The notes under the pieces were generated by a model that had not been told where the DNA came from, ran no database searches, and worked only from the letters and a program-made list of their open reading frames with translations. From Chitinophaga pinensis (lineage in GTDB: Bacteria > Bacteroidota > Bacteroidia > NS11-12g > UBA955), in the NCBI GenBank assembly GCA_945865625.1, contig CAMBFD010000005.1, forward strand, positions 1 through 60,442: a stretch of 60,442 bases of DNA, given 5' to 3'. A program made the translations under genes and the position numbers. Below are positions 1 through 9,486 of this stretch, piece after piece. Position 1 is the first letter of the stretch. The number at the start of each line of letters is the position of its first letter.

Positions 1-1025
1 TAATGCAACTCAGGAACAATGATACCACCGTTACCTTCGCCACCAATCACGGCATTGTTTGCTTTCATACATTCAACAACGTTGACTTCACCTACCGCAC
101 TTGCAAAATATTTTTGTCCTGCCTTTTCTGTGAGTTCTTTCAAAGCCCTAGTGCTCGACAAGTTACTTACAGTTGCACCTGGATTGTGTTTTAATACATA
201 ATCAGAAATAGCAACTAACGTATATTCTTCACCAAACATTTCACCATCATCGGAAATAAAAGCCAAGCGATCAACATCCGGATCAACCACAATGCCTAAA
301 TGACATTTGTCTGATTTTACAATTGATGAAATTTCCCCCAAATGCTCAGCCAAAGGCTCAGGATTGTGCGCGAAGTTTCCTGTTGCTTCGCCATTTATAA
401 GTACAATATCATCAACACCCAATGCCTTTAATAAGCGTGGAATGGCAATTCCTCCTACACTGTTTACAACATCTACGGCAATTTTATATTTCTTTTCTCT
501 AATTAATTCAGGCTTAACCAAATCCAATTCCAATATTTTTTGGATATGGTAATCTAGGTAATCTGTTTTTGTTCTTTTCCCGAGTAAATCAACCGTTGCA
601 TATGTGAAATTACCAGCTTCTGCAATTTGTAAAATTGATTCACCATCGGCTCCGCTAATAAACTCACCCTTCTCATTCAGAAGCTTCAGTGCATTCCATT
701 GTTTCGGATTATGGCTTGCAGTGATGATAATCCCACCTGCAGCATTTTCAGCAACCACAGCCATTTCAACTGTTGGTGTTGTTGCCAAATCCAAATCTAC
801 AATATCTAAACCTAAACCCATTAAAGTATTCACGATAAGCTCGTGAACCATAGGTCCGCTGATTCTTGCATCACGGCCAATCACAATTTTTTTATTGCCC
901 GATTTTTCATAAATCCAAGAGCCATATGCCGATGCAAACTTCACAATATCCATTGGCGTTAAATTATCCGCTGGTGAACCGCCAATTGTTCCTCTGATAC
1001 CTGAAATTGATTTGATTAAAGTCAT
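1..1025 (-). CDS. glmM: phosphoglucosamine mutase, N-terminal ~341 codons; the 3' end lies beyond the left window edge
   Basis: Absent from the ORF track because it has no in-window stop. My minus-strand translation from ATG 1025..1023 reads MTLIKSISGIRGTIGGSPADNLTPMDIVKFASAYGSW...GGIIITASHNPKQWNALKLL. This is a phosphohexomutase N-terminus with the TASHNP phosphoserine loop. Confidence 0.85.
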   Translation of the reverse strand, partial: MTLIKSISGIRGTIGGSPADNLTPMDIVKFASAYGSWIYEKSGNKKIVIGRDARISGPMVHELIVNTLMGLGLDIVDLDLATTPTVEMAVVAENAAGGIIITASHNPKQWNALKLLNEKGEFISGADGESILQIAEAGNFTYATVDLLGKRTKTDYLDYHIQKILELDLVKPELIREKKYKIAVDVVNSVGGIAIPRLLKALGVDDIVLINGEATGNFAHNPEPLAEHLGEISSIVKSDKCHLGIVVDPDVDRLAFISDDGEMFGEEYTLVAISDYVLKHNPGATVSNLSSTRALKELTEKAGQKYFASAVGEVNVVECMKANNAVIGGEGNGGIIVPELH

Positions 1026-1038
1026 AATTTTGGGGGTG

Positions 1039-1046
1039 CAAAAATA
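1039..1046 (-). promoter_or_regulatory. Bacteroidota -7 promoter box (TAnnTTTG) for glmM
   Basis: The minus strand reads TATTTTTG. There are 13 nt between the box and ATG 1025. Confidence 0.45.
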
Positions 1047-1180
1047 GATAAAATTCTATGAATAATAACTAGTTTTCTTTTATTTTATTCTCAAAACATG
1101 AACTTTGTTTATTCACACAACCATTTTCATTCTTTTGCAAAGTTTCCAGCGCATTTTTTATCAGTTTAAACGAAAAAATG

Positions 1181-1188
1181 TACCTTTG
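1181..1188 (+). promoter_or_regulatory. -7 promoter box for ftcD
   Basis: TACCTTTG, only 4 nt from ATG 1193. Confidence 0.45.
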
Positions 1189-1192
1189 TTGA

Positions 1193-2884
1193 ATGCAAAA
1201 AATTGTTGAATGCGTTCCTAATTTTAGCGAAGGAAAGAATTTACAAATCATCAAACAAATTACCGATGCAATTGAAACCGTTGAAGGTGTGCAACTTCTC
1301 GATGTAGATCCCGGAAAAGCAACCAATAGAACTGTTGTAACCATTGTTGGCGAAGTGGAAATGGTGGTTGAAGCGGCTTTTCGCGGAATTCAAATGGCCG
1401 CATCCCTCATCGATATGAGAAATCATTCAGGTGAACACCCTAGAATGGGGGCAACCGACGTTTGCCCACTCATCCCAATTTCGGGTATTTCAATGGAAGA
1501 AACCGCTCATTATGCAGCCCAACTTGCACAAAGAGTAGCCATTGAACTAAATATCCCTACTTACCTCTATGAGAATGCCCAAACAAATAAATCGCGATCT
1601 AACCTCAGTGTTATTAGAGCCGGTGAATATGAGGGATTTTTCGATAAAATTAAAGACCCGCAATGGGCTCCCGATTTTGGTAAAGCCGAAATGAATCCAA
1701 CAGCAGGTGCAACTGTAATTGGCGCCCGCGACTTTTTAATCGCGTTTAACATCAATCTCAACACTAAAAGTACCCGTGTTGCCAATAGAATTGCTTTCGA
1801 TGTGCGAGAGGCAGGTCGCGTGAAACGCGAAGGGAATCCTATCTCTGGTAAAATTGTAAAAGATGAAAATGGCGAAGAAGTGCGTATCCCTGGAAAATTA
1901 AAATCCGTTAAAGCAATTGGTTGGTATATCGAAGAATATAACATGGCCCAAATTTCAATGAACCTCACAAATTACCACATCACCCCGCTTCATATTGCTT
2001 TCGAAGAAACAAGAAAAAGTGCCGACGATAGAGGTGTTCGCGTGACAGGGAGTGAATTGGTGGGACTTATACCGTTACAACCAATGCTCGATGCAGGTAA
2101 ATATTTTCTTGAAAAACAAGGACTTAGCAGCGGCGTGAGCGAAGCCGAACTTGTTAATTCGGCCGTGAGAAGTCTTGGACTTTCTGAAATTTCAACTTTT
2201 GATCCTCAAAAGAAAATCATTGAATATATTCTAAACGACCCTAAAAAATCGAAGTTGGTTTCAATGACCATAAAATCATTTGCCGATGAAACCGCTTCTG
2301 ATAGTCCTGCCCCAGGTGGTGGCAGCATTGCTGCATTATCAGGTGCTTTGGGTGCTTCTTTGGGTACAATGGTGGCCAATCTGAGCGCTTCAAAAAGAGG
2401 TTGGGAAGACCGTGTTGGAGAATTTTCTCCTTGGGCTGAGAAGGGACAAAAAATCAAAGACGAACTGTTGTTTTTGGTGGATGAAGATACCCGTGCATTC
2501 GATAAAATCATGGATGCTTTTGGTTTGCCAAAAGACAATCCAGAACAAGTAGCTGCCAGAAAACAAGCCATTGAACATGCTAGCAAGTATGCCACTGAAA
2601 TTCCTTTCAGAACCATGCAAGTGGCCTTTAGCTGCATTCCGCTGCTCAAAGAAATGGCAACAAACGGCAATCAAAACTCTCTTAGCGACATAGGGGTGGG
2701 TGCTATTTGCATTAAAACCGCAGTTCGTGGGGCTTGGTTAAACGTTTTAATCAATGCAAAAGGATTAAACGACAAAGTTTGGGCCGCAGATATAGTAGCG
2801 AAAGCAAAATCAATCCTCGAAGAAAACCATAAACTCTGCGACGAAATTGTGAATGATATTGAAGGTAAATTATTTAGCGTTTAA
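1193..2884 (+). CDS. ftcD: bifunctional glutamate formimidoyltransferase / formimidoyltetrahydrofolate cyclodeaminase
   Basis: 563-aa ORF. The N-terminus MQKIVECVPNFSEGKN is typical of formiminotransferases. The C-terminal ~200 aa resemble a cyclodeaminase domain (SPAPGGGSIAALSGALGASL). Confidence 0.9.
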   Translation: MQKIVECVPNFSEGKNLQIIKQITDAIETVEGVQLLDVDPGKATNRTVVTIVGEVEMVVEAAFRGIQMAASLIDMRNHSGEHPRMGATDVCPLIPISGISMEETAHYAAQLAQRVAIELNIPTYLYENAQTNKSRSNLSVIRAGEYEGFFDKIKDPQWAPDFGKAEMNPTAGATVIGARDFLIAFNINLNTKSTRVANRIAFDVREAGRVKREGNPISGKIVKDENGEEVRIPGKLKSVKAIGWYIEEYNMAQISMNLTNYHITPLHIAFEETRKSADDRGVRVTGSELVGLIPLQPMLDAGKYFLEKQGLSSGVSEAELVNSAVRSLGLSEISTFDPQKKIIEYILNDPKKSKLVSMTIKSFADETASDSPAPGGGSIAALSGALGASLGTMVANLSASKRGWEDRVGEFSPWAEKGQKIKDELLFLVDEDTRAFDKIMDAFGLPKDNPEQVAARKQAIEHASKYATEIPFRTMQVAFSCIPLLKEMATNGNQNSLSDIGVGAICIKTAVRGAWLNVLINAKGLNDKVWAADIVAKAKSILEENHKLCDEIVNDIEGKLFSV

Positions 2885-2980
2885 CGTTTAGCGTTTAATG
2901 TTATAAACCTCATAAACCATTATAAAAAGTTTAACGTTTAATGATATAAACCTTTATAAACCTCATAAACCATTATAAAC
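2872..2980. repeat. two tandem composite repeat modules: (GTTTAnn) heptads followed by ATAAACC-type 9-10-mers
   Basis: aTTTAGC GTTTAAC GTTTAGC GTTTAAT, then ATAAACCTC ATAAACCATT ATAAA, then the module repeats. A 24-nt perfect direct repeat sits at 2903-2926 and 2956-2979. Confidence 0.85.
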
Positions 2981-2987
2981 ATTTCTA

Positions 2988-3929
2988 TTGAAATCCCTAT
3001 TGGCCATATTATCGCTTTTTGCAACAACCCTAAGTGCTCAGTTTGCTCCGGCAGCAGGGAAATTTGGGTCTACTGCTGTTAAAGCCGACAGTTCCTGTTT
3101 TGTCAATTGGGCTAAAAGTTGTGAAATCAATAGAGGGTTGGCGCAAATTAATTTGGCAGATTCTGGTTTTGCCACTGTCGGGAATTCAACTTCTACCATT
3201 GGACCAGCCAAAACAAATGGCATTGTGAGTCTCGGCGATGGTGGTTCAGCTATTCTTTACTTCAATCCTCCAATAGCCGATTTCGATGGTTTTGATTTTG
3301 CAGTGTTTGAAAATGCATTCAACGATAGCTTCCTCGAATTGGCGCATATAGAAGTGAGTAACGACAAAATAAACTGGCTCCGCTTTCCTTCGGTTTCATT
3401 ATCAACAATAAAAACCCAAACTGAGCCTTTCGGATTTACCAACCCCGAAAAAATTCACAATTTAGCAGGAAAATATAGAATGCCTTACGGAACTCCATTC
3501 GATCTCTCAGATTTAAAAGATAGCTCTAAATATGCACCCACGTTTCAATATGTTCGCATTGTGGATGTTGTGGGTTCTATTGATTCAACCTTGGGTTCTA
3601 AAGATTCAAAAGGAAATATGATTAACGATCCTTGGCCCACGCCTTTTGCCAGTTCTGGATTTGATTTAGATGCAGTGGGTGTAATCAATCAGTCACCACA
3701 AATGAAAATCAATTGGATTGACAAACAAAACATTTACTTCCAATCAGAAACGCGAGTTCTGCACTTTCCAGAAGTTTCAAATACAGATATTTCTTTATTT
3801 TCACTTGAAGGGAAATTGGTATTCAAAACCAAACAGAATCAACTTCAAATGTCCATTCCCACAAAGATCGCCGATGGCGTTTACATTGTGAAATTAAACA
3901 ACCTCAGTTTTAAAATAAACCTTCATTAA
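2988..3929 (+). CDS. secreted protein of unknown function with a T9SS C-terminal sorting domain
   Basis: 313-aa ORF with a TTG start and signal peptide MKSLLAILSLFATTLSAQ. The C-terminal tail (...ADGVYIVKLNNLSFKINLH) resembles a type-A T9SS CTD. The N-terminal domain is not recognised. Confidence 0.7.
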   Translation: MKSLLAILSLFATTLSAQFAPAAGKFGSTAVKADSSCFVNWAKSCEINRGLAQINLADSGFATVGNSTSTIGPAKTNGIVSLGDGGSAILYFNPPIADFDGFDFAVFENAFNDSFLELAHIEVSNDKINWLRFPSVSLSTIKTQTEPFGFTNPEKIHNLAGKYRMPYGTPFDLSDLKDSSKYAPTFQYVRIVDVVGSIDSTLGSKDSKGNMINDPWPTPFASSGFDLDAVGVINQSPQMKINWIDKQNIYFQSETRVLHFPEVSNTDISLFSLEGKLVFKTKQNQLQMSIPTKIADGVYIVKLNNLSFKINLH

Positions 3930-3972
3930 CTTTTGCAGATTTTGCAAAACATTTCTGAGAATCACAACACAA

Positions 3973-5097
3973 TCAATCCAATAAGCCAACCATGTCAATG
4001 GTTTTTAGGAAAGATCCTTTTACATTGTTTGTAAGAACCACATAACATTTGTTTTCATCGAGGCACGACCAAAAATAGGTTCTAAATCCTTTCCACCAAC
4101 CGTTGTGAAACACCCAATGTTTCCCATCAATGAATTTCACACGCCAACCCAAAGCATAATAACCATCGGCACTTGCAACGGTTGCCGGTGTCCACATTTC
4201 ACGTTTGGTAGCAGGATGTAAAATATAAGATGTTCTCAAAGCCCTATCGAGCTGAAACATTTCAAACACACTCGAATACACACCTTTATCTCCTGTTGTT
4301 CCATTAAACATATTATCGTCGAAAACACTCCAATTGTCATACCCTTGCACCGGATAATTCACCAAAGGCATACTATCGAAATTACACACATGGGTAAATT
4401 TCATATCGGCCATTTTACAGATATTTTCCTTCACAAACGACCTAAAATCTTGCTTACTCGTGCGCTCTACAATTAAACTCAACAAAGCATAATTGGTGTT
4501 GCAATAATCATAAGAACCAGGTTTTGCAAAGTGCTTATCTGGTTGTGCATTCACCATTACTAAAACATCTTCGTTTACCAAATGTCCCTGCCCCTGCTTC
4601 AAATCAAACCCTTTATAGTTGTAATAGAAATAATCGGGTAACCCGCTGGTATGACTTAATAAATTCCTGATAGATAAATTTTTACGTTTCAATTCTGGCA
4701 AATACCAATGCACACTATCGTCGATATTTAAATACCCATCTTGGTGCAATAGCATTACAGAAATACCGGTAAACACCTTAGAAACTGAAGCCAACTGAAA
4801 AATATCTTCAGGGTAAACTGAATCTCTCGTTGAACGGATAGAATTTCCCCTAGAACCAAAAATGATACTATCGTTTTTGAACATCAAAAACGACCCATTG
4901 AAATTCCCAATTCGGTTGAATCGGTCAAAGAATTTGTTGATTTTATTTTGGGTGGTGTCTGAAAAAGGCAAATATTTGTTTCGCAACATTCTTTCCGTTG
5001 ACCCCATTGCCCTGTTTCCCTGCGCCATCAGTCCCTCCGAAAAAAGAAGAAAACCAAATGCGATAAGCTTGACCGTATGTTTAAAAAAGGAGTTCAT
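3973..5097 (-). CDS. serine hydrolase, beta-lactamase / penicillin-binding-protein-like family
   Basis: SxxK motif (ASVSKVF) and YxN motif (YCN) are present. I prefer the ATG at 5097 (MNSFFKHTVKLIAFGFLLFSEGLMAQ signal peptide) over the track start at 5151. Confidence 0.85.
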   Translation of the reverse strand: MNSFFKHTVKLIAFGFLLFSEGLMAQGNRAMGSTERMLRNKYLPFSDTTQNKINKFFDRFNRIGNFNGSFLMFKNDSIIFGSRGNSIRSTRDSVYPEDIFQLASVSKVFTGISVMLLHQDGYLNIDDSVHWYLPELKRKNLSIRNLLSHTSGLPDYFYYNYKGFDLKQGQGHLVNEDVLVMVNAQPDKHFAKPGSYDYCNTNYALLSLIVERTSKQDFRSFVKENICKMADMKFTHVCNFDSMPLVNYPVQGYDNWSVFDDNMFNGTTGDKGVYSSVFEMFQLDRALRTSYILHPATKREMWTPATVASADGYYALGWRVKFIDGKHWVFHNGWWKGFRTYFWSCLDENKCYVVLTNNVKGSFLKTIDMVGLLD

Positions 5098-5107
5098 GCG
5101 AGAATTA

Positions 5108-5115
5108 CAAAAATA
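5108..5115 (-). promoter_or_regulatory. -7 promoter box for the beta-lactamase-family gene
   Basis: The minus strand reads TATTTTTG, 10 nt from ATG 5097. Confidence 0.45.
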
Positions 5116-5171
5116 AATGAGAAAAACCCACCAATTTTTGAAGTTACACACAGGTTTAATGAGCGTATTTT

Positions 5172-5774
5172 TTAAGGAACATTCAGAATTTTATGCGTTT
5201 GCAAAGAAATTTGCCAATGCGGATTTTCTTTCACATAATCGATGATCAATTCCATCATTTTATCGCGTTTGTCCCACTCTGGCTGCAAGAATAATTTACA
5301 GTTTTCATTGCAATGGATTTCCCATTGTTCGGCCCACTGCAAATCGGATTTATTGAAGGCTACAATTTTCAATTCATGGGCTTTTTTCAATTCTAACTCA
5401 AGCGGAAATTTAAATTTCTTCGGAGAAATGGTGATCCAATCGAAGTTTCCGCGAATTTCATAGGCCGCAGAAGTTTCTATGTGAACCCTCAAATTGGACT
5501 TCTGAAACGTATCTACCAACTCCGATAAATCGTACATGGCAGGTTCTCCACCTGTAACCACTACAATGTTCGCTTTCGATGATTTCACCCAAGTAAGCAT
5601 TTCAACGGCAGAATGAGATTGATACTGCGAAGCATCCCAACTTTCTTTCACATCACACCAAGTGCAACCAACATCGCAACCCGCTAAACGAATGAAATAT
5701 GCAGGTACACCCGTAAATGCACCCTCCCCCTGAATGGTGTAAAAATGTTCCATTACAGGAAAAACAGCGGTCAT
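5172..5774 (-). CDS. queE: 7-carboxy-7-deazaguanine synthase (radical SAM)
   Basis: 200 aa. Contains FYTIQGEGAFTGVPAYFIRLAGCDVGCTWCD with the CxxxCxxC cluster. Its start overlaps the folD stop by 4 nt. Confidence 0.9.
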   Translation of the reverse strand: MTAVFPVMEHFYTIQGEGAFTGVPAYFIRLAGCDVGCTWCDVKESWDASQYQSHSAVEMLTWVKSSKANIVVVTGGEPAMYDLSELVDTFQKSNLRVHIETSAAYEIRGNFDWITISPKKFKFPLELELKKAHELKIVAFNKSDLQWAEQWEIHCNENCKLFLQPEWDKRDKMMELIIDYVKENPHWQISLQTHKILNVP

Positions 5775-6652
5775 TTTATTTGGGCTTTACGCGCTTTCAA
5801 AGTATTGTTTAACAATGCGGTGATGGTCATTGGACCCACACCACCTGGTACCGGAGTAATTGCAGAAGCCTTTGGTTCAACCGATGCAAAATCTACGTCG
5901 CCAGACAATCTCCAACCCGCTTTTTTGGTTACATCTTCAATTCTGGTTGTTCCTACATCAATCACAACCGCACCTTCTTTCACCATATCGCCAGTTACAA
6001 AGCCAGGTTTACCAATGGCAGCAACAATGATATCTGCTTGTAATGTAAAATGACTTAAATTTTGAGTTCTACTATGACAAACGGTGACAGTTGCATTGCC
6101 AACAGGACCAGGATTTGACAATAAAATGCTTATTGGTCTACCAACAATGTTGCTACGGCCTATCACAACAACATGTTTACCAACAGTTTCGATGTTGTAA
6201 TGTTGTAAAATCAATGTAATTCCCAATGGCGTTGCAGAAACAATTCCATCGTTTCCTTTGGCCAACTGACCCATATTTACATCATGAAAACCATCAACAT
6301 CCTTTTCAGGTAAAATGGCATGCGTAATTTTGGTTTCATTGATATGTTTTGGCAATGGCAATTGTACAATCAATCCATCAATTTCTTGATCAGCATTAAT
6401 TTCTGCAATTTTTGCAAGCAATTGTTCTTCGGTAATTGTATGGTCGTAACGAATCACTGTCCCTCTAAAACCAACTTCGTGACAAGCTTTTTCTTTTGCC
6501 CCAACATAAGTTTGAGAACCACCGTCGTTTCCAACTAAAATCGCCACCAAATGCGGTGCACGATGTCCTGCAGCAACCATTTTCGATACTTCTTGAGCAA
6601 TCTTTTGCTTTAAAGTATCGGCAACTTCTTTGCCATTCAATATCAATGCCAT
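5771..6652 (-). CDS. folD: bifunctional methylenetetrahydrofolate dehydrogenase / methenyltetrahydrofolate cyclohydrolase
   Basis: MALILNGKEVA...LVAILVGNDGGSQTYV is typical FolD. I prefer the ATG at 6652 over the GTG at 6658. Confidence 0.93.
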   Translation of the reverse strand: MALILNGKEVADTLKQKIAQEVSKMVAAGHRAPHLVAILVGNDGGSQTYVGAKEKACHEVGFRGTVIRYDHTITEEQLLAKIAEINADQEIDGLIVQLPLPKHINETKITHAILPEKDVDGFHDVNMGQLAKGNDGIVSATPLGITLILQHYNIETVGKHVVVIGRSNIVGRPISILLSNPGPVGNATVTVCHSRTQNLSHFTLQADIIVAAIGKPGFVTGDMVKEGAVVIDVGTTRIEDVTKKAGWRLSGDVDFASVEPKASAITPVPGGVGPMTITALLNNTLKARKAQIK

Positions 6653-6657
6653 TGCCA

Positions 6658-6665
6658 CAAAAATA
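6658..6665 (-). promoter_or_regulatory. -7 promoter box for folD-queE
   Basis: The minus strand reads TATTTTTG, 5 nt from ATG 6652. Confidence 0.45.
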
Positions 6666-6712
6666 CTGAATTTTAAGGGTAAAATGTGAAAAATCGGAAA
6701 AAAGCCGCTTGC

Positions 6713-9121
6713 TTACATCAATTCAACATACGTGCAGCCATCGCCACCCCTGTCGGCATGTTCGTCGTAATAACTTTTAATAAAGTTCACTGTTTTAAAA
6801 TGCTGCCTCAAAAGTTTTCGCAAAATACCATCGCCTCTTCCATGAATGATTTTCACGGTACCTTGTCCCAATGCATACGCTTCATCGAGCCATTTTTGAA
6901 CTTTCAAAATGGCTTCTTCACCACGAACACCCCTCAAATCAATTTCATTCGAAAAACTCGCTTGTCGCTCCACCCAGTTAAATCCAACCCTCGCCTTTTG
7001 CTTGGTCCCACCTCCCGATATCTTAGAAATTTGCAATTCCTCCAACGGAACCCACATTTTCAACAATCCAAAGGCCACCAAAATCTTATTTTTCTTCACT
7101 TCCAACACCTCACCTTCTTGATTCGATGCTTTGTTTTTCACCTTCGACCCTGGTAAGATATCTGAAGGCTTCAATGGAACAAAGACTTCCTCTTGAGGTG
7201 TATTCTTTTGAGGGACATTCTTTTGTGTAGATTTCGTAGCATCGGTATTTACTTTGGCTTTGAACTCATCAAGCTCCATTCGGGCTTTCATGGTTGGTTC
7301 TTTTTTTGCCCCGTGTTCGCGAATCACCCTTATGGTATTTTCAATCTGCTGATTTGTATCGGCAAGCAATTTTTGCGCTTCCCAACGGGCCAAATCCACC
7401 ACTTCCTTGCGCTTCGATTGTAATTTTTCTTTCAACTTCGCATATTCATCCTGCAATTCTTGCAAGTGATTCGATTTCCGCTCATTGTCGGTAATTAACT
7501 TCTGTAAATATTGATTTTGCTGCTCTAAATGCAACATTAAATCTTCCGTTTTGCCAATTTCTTTACCTGTTAATGCTTCAATTCGTTTCATCCAAGCTTC
7601 ATCGAAACCTGTTTTACGCATCAATTCCAATGCAAAACTGCTCCCAGGTTTTCCCATCACAAATGAATACAATGGCTTCAATGCTTTTGCATCATACGCC
7701 ATACTTGCTTGGGCAACATGCTCCATTCCAATTCCCCATTCCCTCAACTGCGAAAAATGTGTTGTTGCAATGGCAAATGCACCCCTTTCGAGCAACTGCT
7801 CCATCAATGCTTGGGCAATTGGTGCTCCAAATCTCGGATCGGTTCCAGCGCCAATTTCATCCAATCCAATGAACGCTTTTGGTCCTGTATGTCCCAAAAT
7901 AGCCTTCAAATTGGCTAAATGTGCACTAAATGTACTCAATCCTTGCTCGATACTCTGTCCGTCGCCGCAATCAATCCCTAAAAATTCAAAGACCGAAAAT
8001 TCACTTTCAGGCAATGCCGTCACATACAATCCGCATTGAAACATATACTGCAAAAGCAAGGTTGTTTTTAACACAACACTCTTTCCGCCTGCATTGGGAC
8101 CACTCACCACAACAATGCGATTTTCGCGCATTTCAATGGTCAATGGAACAATTTTTAAATTTTGTTTCCCCAGTTCCTTCTTTAAAACTGGATGATATGC
8201 TTGCTTTAAGAACAAGCCCTGGTGTTCAATATATTTTGGTCGTTCAGCCTGATACTGACTGCAAATTTGCTGCTTTGCATACACAAAATCTGCCAGGGCC
8301 ATTTGATGCATCACCTGATTCAGTTGGTGGTGGTAAGGCTTTAAATCGGCCGTTAACTGCTTCAATAGCTTTTCGCGTTCTCGGCGTCGTTCAGCATACA
8401 TTTCCTTCAAATGATTGTTCATTTCGAGAATTGCAGCCGGTTCAATGTATAATATTTTGCCTGTGGCCGAAATATCCTTCACAAATCCTTGAACCTTACG
8501 CTTAAATTCTGCTATGACTGGAATCACAAGTCGTTCTTCCCTCACTGTCACATCCGTATCAGCCGTGTAACCAGCGTTTTTCCATTCTCTAAAGATTGAT
8601 TTTGTGAGGGACCTCGCCTCTCGCTCTAATCTTTGTATGCCTTGGGTGAGTTTCTGGTAAGTTGGCGAAGCCGATGATTTAAAAGATGCATCTTCATCAA
8701 TCACCTTAGAAATTAATTCAACACAAGGCTTAATGGCATCGTTGGCAATGAAAATTTGATAAAATCTTGGAAATACTTCCTGCCTAGAAACCAAAACAGA
8801 ACTCACTTTTTGGTAAGCTTGCAACACACGTAAAATTGCGAACAACTCATCTTCCATGAAAAAATAATTTTCAATGTCGATGTGTTTCAACCACAATGAT
8901 ATATCGGCCGTTTCTTGAAATTGAAACAACGAAGGAAATTGCTCTAAAAGCACATTTGCTTCATCGAGGTAATCGAGTTGTAAAGAAATGTGCTCCCATG
9001 AAGTGAGCATAGAAAAATCGGCAGCTAACTTTTGCGAGGTTTCAAACCTACAACGATTTTCAATTTCAGAACGAAGTTGCTGAAATCCTACAATGCTTTC
9101 AAAGTGCTCTGGATATTTCAA
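6713..9121 (-). CDS. mutS2: endonuclease MutS2
   Basis: 802 aa with Walker A GPNAGGKS and a C-terminal Smr domain (IDLRGVRGEEA...IIHGRGDGILR). The TTG start overlaps the upstream TGA stop (TTGA). Confidence 0.93.
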   Translation of the reverse strand: MKYPEHFESIVGFQQLRSEIENRCRFETSQKLAADFSMLTSWEHISLQLDYLDEANVLLEQFPSLFQFQETADISLWLKHIDIENYFFMEDELFAILRVLQAYQKVSSVLVSRQEVFPRFYQIFIANDAIKPCVELISKVIDEDASFKSSASPTYQKLTQGIQRLEREARSLTKSIFREWKNAGYTADTDVTVREERLVIPVIAEFKRKVQGFVKDISATGKILYIEPAAILEMNNHLKEMYAERRREREKLLKQLTADLKPYHHQLNQVMHQMALADFVYAKQQICSQYQAERPKYIEHQGLFLKQAYHPVLKKELGKQNLKIVPLTIEMRENRIVVVSGPNAGGKSVVLKTTLLLQYMFQCGLYVTALPESEFSVFEFLGIDCGDGQSIEQGLSTFSAHLANLKAILGHTGPKAFIGLDEIGAGTDPRFGAPIAQALMEQLLERGAFAIATTHFSQLREWGIGMEHVAQASMAYDAKALKPLYSFVMGKPGSSFALELMRKTGFDEAWMKRIEALTGKEIGKTEDLMLHLEQQNQYLQKLITDNERKSNHLQELQDEYAKLKEKLQSKRKEVVDLARWEAQKLLADTNQQIENTIRVIREHGAKKEPTMKARMELDEFKAKVNTDATKSTQKNVPQKNTPQEEVFVPLKPSDILPGSKVKNKASNQEGEVLEVKKNKILVAFGLLKMWVPLEELQISKISGGGTKQKARVGFNWVERQASFSNEIDLRGVRGEEAILKVQKWLDEAYALGQGTVKIIHGRGDGILRKLLRQHFKTVNFIKSYYDEHADRGGDGCTYVELM

Positions 9122-9465
9122 TTTCTATCCATTTTATGTTTCAACTCATCGCGTTGCAAAACATCAATGACTTTTTCCATCAATTCGGCAAACAATTTTC
9201 CATCGCGCTTATAAGATTTTAAGGTTTGATCGAAATCGGCCTGATCTACGTTGTGTTTTTTTAGAATAAGTGCATAATTCTTGGTCCACATGCTGTCGGG
9301 CTGAATGGCATAATTGTATTTGATTTGCATACCAGCTTCCAAACGCATTGCATCGGCCAAAATTTGAACCATTTTGGGTTCTTCAACAGGAAATTGGCGA
9401 GAATTACAAGCAAAAACAACTGTAATCAGAAAGATGGTTGTAATTTTGAGGCAAAAGTTGCGCAT
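9118..9465 (-). CDS. small lipoprotein, DUF4296-like
   Basis: 115 aa with lipobox VFAC. MVQILADAMRLEA...ILKKHNVDQADFDQTLKSY resembles my recollection of the DUF4296 family. Translationally coupled to mutS2. Confidence 0.6.
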   Translation of the reverse strand: MRNFCLKITTIFLITVVFACNSRQFPVEEPKMVQILADAMRLEAGMQIKYNYAIQPDSMWTKNYALILKKHNVDQADFDQTLKSYKRDGKLFAELMEKVIDVLQRDELKHKMDRN

Positions 9466-9472
9466 GGTTGCG

Positions 9473-9480
9473 CAAAATTA
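9473..9480 (-). promoter_or_regulatory. -7 promoter box for the DUF4296-like gene and mutS2
   Basis: The minus strand reads TAATTTTG, 7 nt from ATG 9465. Confidence 0.4.
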
Positions 9481-9486
9481 AGCAAA

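Noticed and set aside
3-846. Four plus-strand ORFs of 60-81 aa at the left edge
   Set aside because: They lie antisense to or out of frame with the clearly recognisable minus-strand glmM reading frame (MTLIKSISGIRGTIGG...TASHNP). Their translations are low-complexity.
1241-2674. Minus-strand ORFs (61-154 aa) antisense to ftcD
   Set aside because: Same reasoning as above. They are embedded in a confidently called 563-aa gene and have no independent coding signal.
6686-8505. Long plus-strand ORFs (156, 162 and 191 aa, plus shorter ones) inside mutS2
   Set aside because: They occupy three different frames antisense to a well-supported 802-aa MutS2. Their sequences are Cys/Phe/Ser/Leu-rich with no motifs, signal peptides or promoter boxes. 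They are most likely chance open frames.
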